Part shown: positions 16,669 to 26,194 of the stretch, piece after piece
Layout of the letters: the number at the start of each line of letters is the position of its first letter
Position numbering within the stretch: the stretch's first letter is position 1
Virus record (IMG/VR): IMGVR_UViG_3300034374_004935
Span: 19,639 to 83,638 of that record
DNA length: 64,000 bases
Direction: 5' to 3' (one strand)
DNA from: a virus
The notes under the pieces: generated by a model
Told to the model about the DNA's origin: nothing
Databases searched by the model: none
What the model saw: only the letters and a program-made list of their open reading frames with translations
Translations under genes and position numbers: made by a program

Positions 16669-17271
16669 ATGTACGATTTAAATGACAGCGGTTTTGATGC
16701 CGCAACTGGAGGAAATGCCGTAATATTTAACGGTGGTGTAGCAGGTTTAGTAAACGATGTTAAAATGTCTGTTTACAAAAAGAAACCAGATGATAAGGAA
16801 AACGCTCCTGATTATAAAATCACTTTTACAGATGATAATGGTGGCGAGTGTTCTACTTCATATTGGTATGTTACTAAAGACACACAGTATAGTACTGTGG
16901 ATGAACAAGTAAAAAAGCAAGGTAAATCTATGAAGCACATTATACACGCTGTATATGGTGCTGACCATCAGATTGGCTTTAAGGCTAATAACCCTAAAGA
17001 ATTGCTTGACCAAGCTATGAAGTATATTAAAGACGGACTAGCTAATGCTGGTAAGTTTAGAGTTTTCGCTACTTATGGTACTGTAAATGCTCCTAAACAA
17101 TATATTCAGCCTCGTAGCTGGGTTCCATTTGTAGAATCTATGAGTGTTGATGTAAATCAAACACGTTTAAAACTAGCCGTCAGCATCGACGCTATGGATA
17201 GAATAGTGAAAGATGAAGTAGAAGTTGCAACTGCTAAAGCAGATGAGCTTCTAGAAGGCGACGACTGGTAG
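16669..17271 (+). CDS. putative single-stranded DNA-binding protein
   Basis: Follows the Sak4-like gene; beta-rich; acidic-aromatic C-terminus 'ELLEGDDW'. Confidence 0.6.
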   Translation: MYDLNDSGFDAATGGNAVIFNGGVAGLVNDVKMSVYKKKPDDKENAPDYKITFTDDNGGECSTSYWYVTKDTQYSTVDEQVKKQGKSMKHIIHAVYGADHQIGFKANNPKELLDQAMKYIKDGLANAGKFRVFATYGTVNAPKQYIQPRSWVPFVESMSVDVNQTRLKLAVSIDAMDRIVKDEVEVATAKADELLEGDDW

Positions 17272-17291
17272 ACTATCTAAACTATAAAAAC

Positions 17292-17320
17292 AGAGAGGGT
17301 GTAAAAGCCCTCTCTTTTTT
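17292..17320 (+). terminator. rho-independent terminator
   Basis: AGAGAGGGT-GTAAAA-GCCCTCTCT followed by a T-run. Confidence 0.8.
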
Positions 17321-17323
17321 ATT

Positions 17324-18325
17324 ATGGAAAACATAGATTTAAATTCAATAATATTTAATGATCTTATTACAAGAGATGATATCTTAAAACATGTTACGCA
17401 AGAACAGATATATAGTTTTTATATGGGAGAAAAAATAGATAGACTTGGTGTTTATCATTCACCTCTTCGTGAAGACAATATTCCTTCTTTTGCGTTATTT
17501 TTTCATCAAGCAAATAGAGATATACTAATGTTTAAAGATTTTGCTACAAGTGATTGTGGTGATTTTATCATGTTAGTTAGAAAATTATTTAGTTTAAATT
17601 ATTATGAAGCGCTAGAAAAAGTAGCATATGATATGGGGTTATCTAACTTTAATGTCAATGCTGTAAAACAGAATGTAGAATATACAAGGATAACACGTAA
17701 AGAATCTGTAGAATTAGGAATAAAGAAAAGACCTTGGTTAACAATAGATAAAAAATATTGGCAATCATTTGGTATTAAAAAAGCTACGTTAGAAAAGTTT
17801 AATGTGTTTCCTATTAGCCATGTATTTTATAATGACAATGCTGTTAAAACTGCTAATCATGCTTATGCATATGTCGAGCACAAAGACGGTAAAGTTACTT
17901 ATAAGATATATCAACCATTTGAGAATAAACTTAAAAAATGGATTAACAATGCTAATTATTCTGTACACCAAGGTTATAGGCAATTGCCTAAATCAGGTGA
18001 GCTGTTAGTAATTACTAAGTCTTTAAAAGATGTCATGAGCCTCCATGATGTAGTAGGTGTTCCTGCTATAGGCTTACAATCAGAATCTGTTATGATGAAA
18101 GATTCTGTAATGGACGAATATAAATCTAGATTTAAAAAAGTTGTATGTCTCTTTGACAACGACGACGCAGGTATGAAACTCGCTAAAGAGTTTTCTAAAA
18201 GATATGATGTGCCTAGTTTCATTGTATTGCCTTTAGGTGGATCTAAAGATTTCAGTGACTTAGTAAAAAATACTACTAAAGAATTTAGTGTAGAACATTT
18301 TAATAAAAAATTAGAAAAATTATGA
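17324..18325 (+). CDS. DNA primase (DnaG-like Toprim)
   Basis: 'SPLREDNIPSF...KDFATSDCGD' N-domain; 'ITKSLKDVM', 'LQSE', 'FDNDDAG', 'KDFSD'. Confidence 0.9.
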   Translation: MENIDLNSIIFNDLITRDDILKHVTQEQIYSFYMGEKIDRLGVYHSPLREDNIPSFALFFHQANRDILMFKDFATSDCGDFIMLVRKLFSLNYYEALEKVAYDMGLSNFNVNAVKQNVEYTRITRKESVELGIKKRPWLTIDKKYWQSFGIKKATLEKFNVFPISHVFYNDNAVKTANHAYAYVEHKDGKVTYKIYQPFENKLKKWINNANYSVHQGYRQLPKSGELLVITKSLKDVMSLHDVVGVPAIGLQSESVMMKDSVMDEYKSRFKKVVCLFDNDDAGMKLAKEFSKRYDVPSFIVLPLGGSKDFSDLVKNTTKEFSVEHFNKKLEKL

Positions 18326-19566
18326 CAAAACATGAATCTCTAAGTAAAATTAGCAAGAAGCTAATGTTAGAAGAACCGTTCTACGGTTTCTATCTATTAT
18401 CATTAAATAAAATATGGGATGTGCGAGTAGGCACAGCTGGTGTTTGTAAGAATGGAATCAACTATCAATTGATGATAAGCGAACCTTTTTGGGATACTCT
18501 AAGTGAGGACCATAAAACAGGTTTACTTAAACATGAATTATTACATATTGCTTTTGGCCATCTATTGACTTTTACTAAGTTCTCTGATAAAAAACTTGCT
18601 AACATAGCAATGGATATGGAAATCAATCAATATATAGATGAAAATCGATTGCCTGAAGGAGGTATAAATATCAATGATTATGGTGATCTTAATCTAAGAA
18701 GAAAAGCTGGTACTCAATATTATTATGAAGAGTTAGAAAAAGCTCAAAAGAAGAAAAAAGAACAAGGTAGTAGTGGAGATAGTAATATGGATAAACTTTT
18801 AGATGGTCTAGATCAAAGTCAAGAAGTTGTATTAATTGGACCAGCAGATAGTGATGACGGAGAAGGAGGATTAGGTTCAAAAAAAGAAGTTAAAATTCCT
18901 AAACATGATTGGGAAGAATTTGAAAACTTGCCTGAAGCAGAAAAACAATTGATAGATATGCAACTCCAACGTGTGTTGGAACAATGTAAAAAACAAACTG
19001 AAAAGAAACAAGGACATGTTCCTGGTGAGATGAAAGGTTTGATTAAGATTCAGGAAATAATTCCTCCTAAATTTAATTGGAAGAATTATCTCCGACGATT
19101 TACTGGCATTAGCACTAAAATATTTACTAAGAAAATTCGTAGAAAAGAAAACGTTAAGTTTCCTGATATGCCTGGTATGAAAGTTAAAATGAAACAAAAA
19201 CTTTTATTAGCCATAGACACATCTGGATCTGTACGTGATCATGAAGTAAAAGAGTTTATGAATGAAATGCACCATATATATAAAACTGGTGTAGATATAA
19301 CTCTTGTACAATGTGATACTTATATACGAGATGTTAGTGAATATACTGGTACCTATGAACTAAAGATACACGGACGCGGTGGTACTGACTTTACACCTGT
19401 AATAAAATATTTTAATGAGAATACTAGTTATACTAGTCTTATATATTTTACAGATGGTGAGGCACATACACACGTAAATCCTAGAGCTAGAGTTTTATGG
19501 GTTCACTCGGAAGAATCAGAAATTAATGAAGACCTACCTGGTCTTAAGATAAAATTAGAATTATAA
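18322..19566 (+). CDS. DUF2201-type metallopeptidase plus vWA domain protein
   Basis: 'KHELLH' HExxH; 'AIDTSGS' MIDAS; 'GGTDF'; 'YFTDGE'. Confidence 0.9.
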   Translation: MTKHESLSKISKKLMLEEPFYGFYLLSLNKIWDVRVGTAGVCKNGINYQLMISEPFWDTLSEDHKTGLLKHELLHIAFGHLLTFTKFSDKKLANIAMDMEINQYIDENRLPEGGININDYGDLNLRRKAGTQYYYEELEKAQKKKKEQGSSGDSNMDKLLDGLDQSQEVVLIGPADSDDGEGGLGSKKEVKIPKHDWEEFENLPEAEKQLIDMQLQRVLEQCKKQTEKKQGHVPGEMKGLIKIQEIIPPKFNWKNYLRRFTGISTKIFTKKIRRKENVKFPDMPGMKVKMKQKLLLAIDTSGSVRDHEVKEFMNEMHHIYKTGVDITLVQCDTYIRDVSEYTGTYELKIHGRGGTDFTPVIKYFNENTSYTSLIYFTDGEAHTHVNPRARVLWVHSEESEINEDLPGLKIKLEL

Positions 19567-19578
19567 AATTAAATACTA

Positions 19579-20748
19579 ATGAATCAATTACAATTAAACG
19601 TAGATGAATTAAAAGGATTCATCAAACATATGGTAAGCAATAACCAACATATACAGGAAGACGGTAAAGTTCCTGTTGCTGTAAATATTGAAGGTGAAGC
19701 TGGCCTTGGTAAAACTTCTGCTATTATGCAGTTAGGCAGTGAGCTTGACATGCAAGTAGTAAAGCTAAACTTAGCACAGCTAGAAGAGTTAGGCGATTTA
19801 GTAGGTTTTCCTGTTAAAGAATTCCAAGTTAAAAATAACGAGGGTAAGTCTTTATGGATTACTGAGCAAGAAATTGATACTGCTAACAAGAAAGGCTATA
19901 AAGTTGTAGATAAAAGAATGTCTCATGCTGCACCTGAATGGATTCAGGGTCGTGGTGAAGGCGGTTTCTTAGTTCTAGATGACTATACTCGTGCTGATCA
20001 TAGATTTATGCAAGCTTGTATGGAATTGATAGATAAACAAGAATATGTTAGCTGGCGACTTCCTAGAAACTGGCATGTTATCTTAACTACTAATCCTGAC
20101 AATGGTGATTATAATGTTACTAGTCTAGATAATGCGCAGAAAACTCGTTTCATATCTGTTGAGACTAAGTTTGATGCTAATGTATGGGCACGGTGGGCAG
20201 AGAATATGAGAATAGATGGTCGTTGTATTAATTTCTTATTAATGCATCCTGAAATAATAACTCAAGAAATTAATCCTAGGTCTATTACTACATTCTTTAA
20301 TTCTATTAGTTCTATTAAAGACTTTAGTAAAGAATTACCCCTTATACAAATGGTAGGCGAAGGTTCTATTGGTCCAGAAGCAGCAAGTTTATTTGTTATG
20401 TTTATTAATAATCAGCTAGATAAGATTCTTACTCCTCAAGAATTAATTCAAAAAGATGAGAAAGAGTTATTAGAAGCTCTTGATGATTGTGTCGGAGTTA
20501 ATGATACATATCGTGCTGACATAGCAAGTGTCTTGGCTACTAGATTAATTAATTATTGTTTGCGTACTGCTTCTGAAGGACATGTTCCTGAATCAATGAT
20601 TAATAGATTAATTAAGCTTACGACTAAATTCAACACTTTTACTGAAGATTTAAAATATTATATAGTAAAAGAATTATTAGGCGGTCATAAAGCTAAGTTT
20701 TCTAAGATGATGCTAGATCAAAATGTTTTACAAATGAGTACTAAATAA
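19579..20748 (+). CDS. MoxR/AAA_5-like ATPase (partner of the vWA protein)
   Basis: 'GEAGLGKT', 'LVLDDYTRA', 'TTNP', 'AQKTRF', 'NPRS'. Confidence 0.9.
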   Translation: MNQLQLNVDELKGFIKHMVSNNQHIQEDGKVPVAVNIEGEAGLGKTSAIMQLGSELDMQVVKLNLAQLEELGDLVGFPVKEFQVKNNEGKSLWITEQEIDTANKKGYKVVDKRMSHAAPEWIQGRGEGGFLVLDDYTRADHRFMQACMELIDKQEYVSWRLPRNWHVILTTNPDNGDYNVTSLDNAQKTRFISVETKFDANVWARWAENMRIDGRCINFLLMHPEIITQEINPRSITTFFNSISSIKDFSKELPLIQMVGEGSIGPEAASLFVMFINNQLDKILTPQELIQKDEKELLEALDDCVGVNDTYRADIASVLATRLINYCLRTASEGHVPESMINRLIKLTTKFNTFTEDLKYYIVKELLGGHKAKFSKMMLDQNVLQMSTK

Positions 20749-20754
20749 AAAAAA

Positions 20755-21936
20755 ATGACAAAAAAAATATTAGATTTATCAGATTGTTTTGATTCAAATA
20801 TGGATCATAGATCAGGAGAAGTAGATTATCTCTACTATAGTAGCAGACATAGCTATGTGTATATTTATGACAAAGAAGTATTAAGTAATGTTACAGATTC
20901 TATATCAAAAAATAGTTATACTCCAAATATTGGAGATGTTCTTTATATTGGTGCAGGTGCTAATGTTCCTAGAGTAAAATTAAAAAATCTTTTACTAGAT
21001 AATGCTTCTAAAACTACTAATAAGTTTAAAGATGCTACTCATATATTTGTAGATCCAAGTCTCGGTAAATTAAGAGATTATGAGTGGAAATATCATGTTA
21101 CTAAAGAACAAGTTGTGACTTTTGTAACTCAAGCTGAAGTTCATAATTATATAGACATAAAAGAACGAGATGAATTATTAAAACTTTTAGAGCCATATAA
21201 AGATGAAGACAATATAATCGTTAATTCTTATATATCTAGAATGATTAGTAATAGACCTAGTGGATTATATGGAGGTGTTCCTGTATCTAAAAATGTACAT
21301 ACATATCGAAGTTATAGTTATTATTTTATTAAAGAAGATTACGTAGAGTTATATGAATATATTTTAAATAATCTCGATAAAGTATATAATTATACAGAAT
21401 TGCTCCCTCATATTAACGGTGAAGAAACTATTACTATGGATGAAAATGTATATAAGCAAGTTCATAATATGTTTAATAGTGATGATACTGATAATCATGT
21501 ACTAGCTATGGAGATTATGGCTAATTGTAATTATAAAGAATCTATGATGTATCTTTTGTTGTTACTAAATGATTGGACCCATCAAATAGATAAAAATCCT
21601 ACTAAAAGACATGTTAATTTTAAATCTTTCTTAGGTTATTTTAATATGACTCCTAGTAATTTCTATTTAGACCACAATTCAATAATTAGTATGCTACTTG
21701 ATAGAAAAGTTTTAACTGTAGATATGTTGGATTATATTCTTAATAAATATAAAGACCAATTTGTATATCATAATGATCATTTTAAAGTTCAGAATATTAC
21801 TCTAAGTCCTGAGATAGCTGAAGCATTAAATATAGATTATGTGAGAGAAATTACTCCTAGATATACAGTTAAAGAAGTAGAAATAAAAGATGAAGTAGAA
21901 ACCGAAATACCTGACGAATTTCGTTGGATTGAATAA
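20755..21936 (+). CDS. hypothetical protein with possible BRCT-like segment
   Basis: 'LYIGAGANVPRVKLKNLL...KTTNKFKDATHIFV' resembles the BRCT beta-alpha-beta-beta pattern. Confidence 0.5.
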   Translation: MTKKILDLSDCFDSNMDHRSGEVDYLYYSSRHSYVYIYDKEVLSNVTDSISKNSYTPNIGDVLYIGAGANVPRVKLKNLLLDNASKTTNKFKDATHIFVDPSLGKLRDYEWKYHVTKEQVVTFVTQAEVHNYIDIKERDELLKLLEPYKDEDNIIVNSYISRMISNRPSGLYGGVPVSKNVHTYRSYSYYFIKEDYVELYEYILNNLDKVYNYTELLPHINGEETITMDENVYKQVHNMFNSDDTDNHVLAMEIMANCNYKESMMYLLLLLNDWTHQIDKNPTKRHVNFKSFLGYFNMTPSNFYLDHNSIISMLLDRKVLTVDMLDYILNKYKDQFVYHNDHFKVQNITLSPEIAEALNIDYVREITPRYTVKEVEIKDEVETEIPDEFRWIE

Positions 21937-21948
21937 AAACAAAACGCT

Positions 21949-22446
21949 ATGGTAAGTGAGATTAAATTAGAATTTCCTGAATTCATAACTCATATACCTG
22001 TTAGTAAGAAAAACTGGGTCAAGATTGGTTATAATAAGATTCATGCATCTGTGCACTATACAACTAGGGCAGCTCTTGTAGCTGCCATGCACGGATATAT
22101 TGAAAAACATATACCAGACAATCTAAGTATTGACACCCCCGTAGAAACAAAACTAACAGTATATGCGCCTATAAATTATGGAGTTATGAAAATGATAAAA
22201 GATAAAGAAACAGGAAAAAGAAAGACGAGTTGGAAACCAGCAGCCGATGATTACAAACCTAATTGGGATATAGGCAACCTAGCTCTCATATGGATTAAAT
22301 GTCTAGATGATGTGTTAATAAAGAAAGGTATATTACCTGATGACACTGTAGAATTCTTAAGACGTACTCAATATGAGTTTGTGCCTGTTAGAAATTTGAA
22401 GAACAGAAAATTAGTTTATAAAATTAAATCAATTAAAAGAAGATGA
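21949..22446 (+). CDS. RusA-like Holliday junction resolvase
   Basis: 'KPNWDIGN...IKCLDDVL...GILPDD'. Confidence 0.7.
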   Translation: MVSEIKLEFPEFITHIPVSKKNWVKIGYNKIHASVHYTTRAALVAAMHGYIEKHIPDNLSIDTPVETKLTVYAPINYGVMKMIKDKETGKRKTSWKPAADDYKPNWDIGNLALIWIKCLDDVLIKKGILPDDTVEFLRRTQYEFVPVRNLKNRKLVYKIKSIKRR

Positions 22447-23462
22447 TCGATTACCAAACAATAAGTGCTCTTAATCAAAGCACTCTAAAAAAGATTTTGA
22501 TTAGTCCACAAGAATATATTAAAGCTAAAGAAAGACAGCTAGCAAAAGATGAATCTACTGAGCAGCATTTTGTCTTTGGTTCTTTAGTAGACTCATTGCT
22601 TACAGAGACTAAACAAGATTTTGATAACAAGTATGCTGTGATTCCTGATACAACAGGAGTTACTGACACAATTAGTAGAATAGTGCAAGGTGTGTATCAA
22701 GATAGAGTAGCTACTGGGCTAGAAATTTTAGATCTAGAAGAATACTATGATGATATATTACAACATTGTCAATATGAGAATTATCAAAGTAATTGGAAAG
22801 AAGAGACTAGAGTTAATAAAATCATAGCTCAAGGTTCTAAATATTTTGAAATTCTTAAAGAGACAGATGGTAAAACTATTGTTACTGAGACTGACTATGC
22901 TAAAGCAGTTAATTGTGTTATGGCACTTCGATCAGACAAATTTACTGGACCTTATTGTCAAAAGAAATCTAGCGACGATCATATTGAAATCATAGATAAA
23001 CATGTTGTACAATTTAAGTATAGCGGTCTAGAATTCAAAGGTGAAATAGATAGAATTATTGTTGATCATAAAAATCAAACAATAACTCCAATTGACTTTA
23101 AGACTACAGGTAAATCTGTTCTTAATTTTGAAAATAGTTTCTGGCATTTTAGGTATGATTTTCAAGCAGCTGTTTATGACTTAGGTTTGCATTTAGACAA
23201 ATCTGAAAGATTGCAAAAATATTACCAAAACGGTTATTCTATAAATAGATTTCTATATATTGTTGTAGAAACACATTTAAATAATAATCCTATGGTATTT
23301 GAAATTACTAAAACTGTACTCGAAGTTGGCATCAAAGGCAACAAAGAGTATGAAGGTTTTAATAAAGCAATCGAAAGGTATAAATATGCTACAGAAAATG
23401 ATGCTTGGGATTACCCAATGGAATATTATAAACAAGGTAAAAATGTAATAAGCGTAGAGTAA
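22443..23462 (+). CDS. PD-(D/E)xK exonuclease (RecE/ExoVIII-like)
   Basis: 'FGSLVD', 'KGEIDRI', 'IDFKTT', 'YDFQAAVY'. Confidence 0.88.
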   Translation: MIDYQTISALNQSTLKKILISPQEYIKAKERQLAKDESTEQHFVFGSLVDSLLTETKQDFDNKYAVIPDTTGVTDTISRIVQGVYQDRVATGLEILDLEEYYDDILQHCQYENYQSNWKEETRVNKIIAQGSKYFEILKETDGKTIVTETDYAKAVNCVMALRSDKFTGPYCQKKSSDDHIEIIDKHVVQFKYSGLEFKGEIDRIIVDHKNQTITPIDFKTTGKSVLNFENSFWHFRYDFQAAVYDLGLHLDKSERLQKYYQNGYSINRFLYIVVETHLNNNPMVFEITKTVLEVGIKGNKEYEGFNKAIERYKYATENDAWDYPMEYYKQGKNVISVE

Positions 23463-23464
23463 TT

Positions 23465-24073
23465 ATGAAGTATACAAAAACTGCAACTTTTTTGTTCCCT
23501 CTTCTAAACGTACCAAAGTCTTTGTTTGATTGTCATATTACAGATAGCTGGGGTCGACTTAAACATAAGTCTCGATTCTTAAATGCTTTTCTAGCTAATA
23601 CTACAATTAGTAAATACAAAGAAGAAAATTATATACACGTATTAGTAAGAGGTTATAGAGATACAGATTTTGAAAAATTTCATAGTACTATTCAAGCTTT
23701 TCCAAACTTTATAGACGAGTATGATATTAAAGAATGCACTGTGTTTATCTTTAGTATACCTACTGATTATCAACGTGATTTTGATTTATTAATTAACGGT
23801 AAGTATTCAGAGATAACAGCCAATAGTAAGAAGCTAATTCTAGCTAATCACTATTTTTCTGGTAAGTCTTATACATTACCGTTAATATTAAACAAAGCAA
23901 TTGTTTTAAAAGAAAGTTGGGAAGAGCGCTTAAGTAACCCTACTTCTCCTGCATATTTATATGATCAAGAAGTATGGCCTATTATTAACTGCGCTAAAGA
24001 AATCTTAACAAATGAAGTAATTTCTAATTATACACAAAAAAACAAACTAACCCCGACGGGAGACTTCTTTTAG
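23465..24073 (+). CDS. hypothetical phage protein
   Basis: 202-aa ORF, 'NGKYSEI'. Confidence 0.8.
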   Translation: MKYTKTATFLFPLLNVPKSLFDCHITDSWGRLKHKSRFLNAFLANTTISKYKEENYIHVLVRGYRDTDFEKFHSTIQAFPNFIDEYDIKECTVFIFSIPTDYQRDFDLLINGKYSEITANSKKLILANHYFSGKSYTLPLILNKAIVLKESWEERLSNPTSPAYLYDQEVWPIINCAKEILTNEVISNYTQKNKLTPTGDFF

Positions 24074-24115
24074 TCTCCCATAGTGGTTATGCAGTTTAGA
24101 TTATATTAATCTGAT

Positions 24116-24141
24116 GGGGCTCTAGAAATAGGGCCCTTTTT
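24116..24141 (+). terminator. rho-independent terminator
   Basis: GGGCTCTA-GAAA-TAGGGCCC followed by TTTTT. Confidence 0.7.
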
Positions 24142-24153
24142 ATTTTTAATCCT

Positions 24154-25017
24154 ATGACAAAACTTATAAAGAAAATTAATAGAAAATCTATGTTGATTAG
24201 ACCTTCTGGTAGATCAACAGATTTTATTTCACCTAGCTTCGGCTATGGCTGCTTGTATGATTGCAGCTATTGCTACATGAAGCGTCATAAACCAAAAGGT
24301 TTAGACATTGCAGAAAATATAGAAGATATATTAACTGTTGTAAATAATCATGCATATTTTACACCTGTCGATAAACCTAATCAAACACATCCTGTGTTGA
24401 CTACTTATGACATCAGCTGTAACGAAGACTTCGCTCTGCATGCTAAGTTCTATGATTGGCAAAAGATATTTGAATTCTTTAAGAACCATCCTTTGGCTAT
24501 GGGTTCATTCGCTACTAAATATGTTAATCCTGACTTTATTAGTTATGATCCTAATAAGAAGATTAGAATTAGATATAGTCTTATGCCTCAACATATGAGC
24601 GATAAACATGAGCCTAATACATCTAAGATACTTGACAGGATTAAAGCTGTTGACGCATTTATAGATGCAGGTTATGAGGTACATCTTAATTTTAGTCCCG
24701 TGATTGTATACAAAGGTTGGCGTAAAGATTATAAAGAATTGTTTGAGATGGTAAATGAGTATATCGATTACAAGGACGAAGTACTCGCAGAAGTTATCTT
24801 TCTTACTCATAATAAAAAGAAACATTTGGCTAATCTTAAGAATCACGCTGAAGCAGAAAAAGATTTATGGATTCCCGAAATTCAGCAAAATAAAATATCG
24901 CAATATGGTGGCGAAAATCTAAGATATGAGTTATCTTTAAAGAAGAAATTCATAGAACAATTTACTGCTATCCACGACAGTATAATTCCTTGGAATAAAA
25001 TTAGGTACATCTTTTAA
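24154..25017 (+). CDS. spore photoproduct lyase-family radical SAM protein
   Basis: 'GCLYDCSYCY' CxxxCxxC; 'YDISCNED', 'FATKYVN', 'RIRYSLMP', 'GYEVHLNFSPVI', 'EVIFLTHN'. Confidence 0.88.
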   Translation: MTKLIKKINRKSMLIRPSGRSTDFISPSFGYGCLYDCSYCYMKRHKPKGLDIAENIEDILTVVNNHAYFTPVDKPNQTHPVLTTYDISCNEDFALHAKFYDWQKIFEFFKNHPLAMGSFATKYVNPDFISYDPNKKIRIRYSLMPQHMSDKHEPNTSKILDRIKAVDAFIDAGYEVHLNFSPVIVYKGWRKDYKELFEMVNEYIDYKDEVLAEVIFLTHNKKKHLANLKNHAEAEKDLWIPEIQQNKISQYGGENLRYELSLKKKFIEQFTAIHDSIIPWNKIRYIF

Positions 25018-25030
25018 AATTAAAAAACTC

Positions 25031-25321
25031 ATGACAGAAAACAGGAACGTTGAAGACACAAACATTGATCTCGTAATTAAAGGAGAAAACCATGAAAAAG
25101 ATTTTAATCTAGAACAGTTTTATAACAGCAAAAATAAACAGATTGCTGCTAAAGACGTTAATGCTGAAATTCAAAGATTAAAAAGTACTCTTACTGGTAA
25201 TCTTTTAGATGATGCAGAAATCCAACAACAAATCTATGCATTAAAATTAATTGTTAATCCTCAGATAGCATTTAAACCTGAGTTAGATGAAGATGATGAT
25301 TGCTTATATTGTGGATCATAA
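25031..25321 (+). CDS. small protein ending in acidic-CxxCGS (resembles the RNR alpha tail)
   Basis: C-terminus 'DEDDDCLYCGS'. Confidence 0.75.
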   Translation: MTENRNVEDTNIDLVIKGENHEKDFNLEQFYNSKNKQIAAKDVNAEIQRLKSTLTGNLLDDAEIQQQIYALKLIVNPQIAFKPELDEDDDCLYCGS

Positions 25322-25350
25322 AAGAAGGGGACTAATATGTCCCCTTTTTT
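25321..25350. terminator. bidirectional terminator at the convergent junction
   Basis: AAAGAAGGGGAC-TAATAT-GTCCCCTTTTTT between the last + and last - genes. Confidence 0.85.
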
Positions 25351-26194
25351 ATTTGTGTTTGTAGTGAATCTTTCCTCGGTAGATCACGAAGCCTTTCTGA
25401 GATTCTTTGACTTCTTGTCCCGATAAGTTGTAGTAATTAAAAGATTCTGGTTTGCGATAAACATACACAGGATACCAAGATTGTGTAGTGCCGTCTATAT
25501 CGGTTTCTTTAAGTTGATAGTAAGTAGTATTATATAAGATACTATTATCTATATATTCATATTCTTGCAAGCTTGTAGAAAAACCTGCAGCTGGTATATG
25601 AGCTATCTTATTCCAATTTGAAGTATCCATTGCTCTATATAACGAAAAATAATCAGAATTGTTTTCAGATGCTGTGGACCAAGTTAACTTTGTTCCGTCG
25701 TCTAATAACTCTGCTTTAAAATCTAAAAGTTCTACAGGCAATGGAGTTACGTTTAATATGTCAAAGAAATCTACATGTGCGTATTTATTCTTAAGACCTC
25801 CGTTACCGTACGTAAGTAAATCAAATGTTATACGAGTAACAGTATTAGGAATGGTAAGCTGATAAAGGCCGTTAAGATTAGTAATGTCATAGAAAGACCA
25901 AGCACCATCGAAAAGGTAGAGTCTAAACTCATCCCCGTTACGGATAGAACACTCCTGATACCAGAGTATATCCACTTGTCCATACGAAGTAAGATCGTAT
26001 ATAGGCGATTCAAAAATGTACCAAGTATCTGTGACATAAGTCCCACTAATATTATAACACAAAGAGCCACTATGCGAACCAGTATTACCGCCAGGGCTAG
26101 TCCACTCACCAGGCTGATCAAAGCTATCAAACGGTTCTGATATTTGGCCATAAGCTGTAAATGTAGATAATAATATAATTAATAACAACCTCAT
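25349..26194 (-). CDS. secreted T9SS-cargo-like protein (adhesin/MAM-like domain, PLPVEL module, short CTD-like tail)
   Basis: Signal peptide AYG|Q; 'ESPIYDLT'; 'PLPVELLDF...LTWSTASENNSDYF...YYQLKETDIDG'; 'YNLSGQEV'. Confidence 0.85.
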   Translation of the reverse strand: MRLLLIILLSTFTAYGQISEPFDSFDQPGEWTSPGGNTGSHSGSLCYNISGTYVTDTWYIFESPIYDLTSYGQVDILWYQECSIRNGDEFRLYLFDGAWSFYDITNLNGLYQLTIPNTVTRITFDLLTYGNGGLKNKYAHVDFFDILNVTPLPVELLDFKAELLDDGTKLTWSTASENNSDYFSLYRAMDTSNWNKIAHIPAAGFSTSLQEYEYIDNSILYNTTYYQLKETDIDGTTQSWYPVYVYRKPESFNYYNLSGQEVKESQKGFVIYRGKIHYKHK

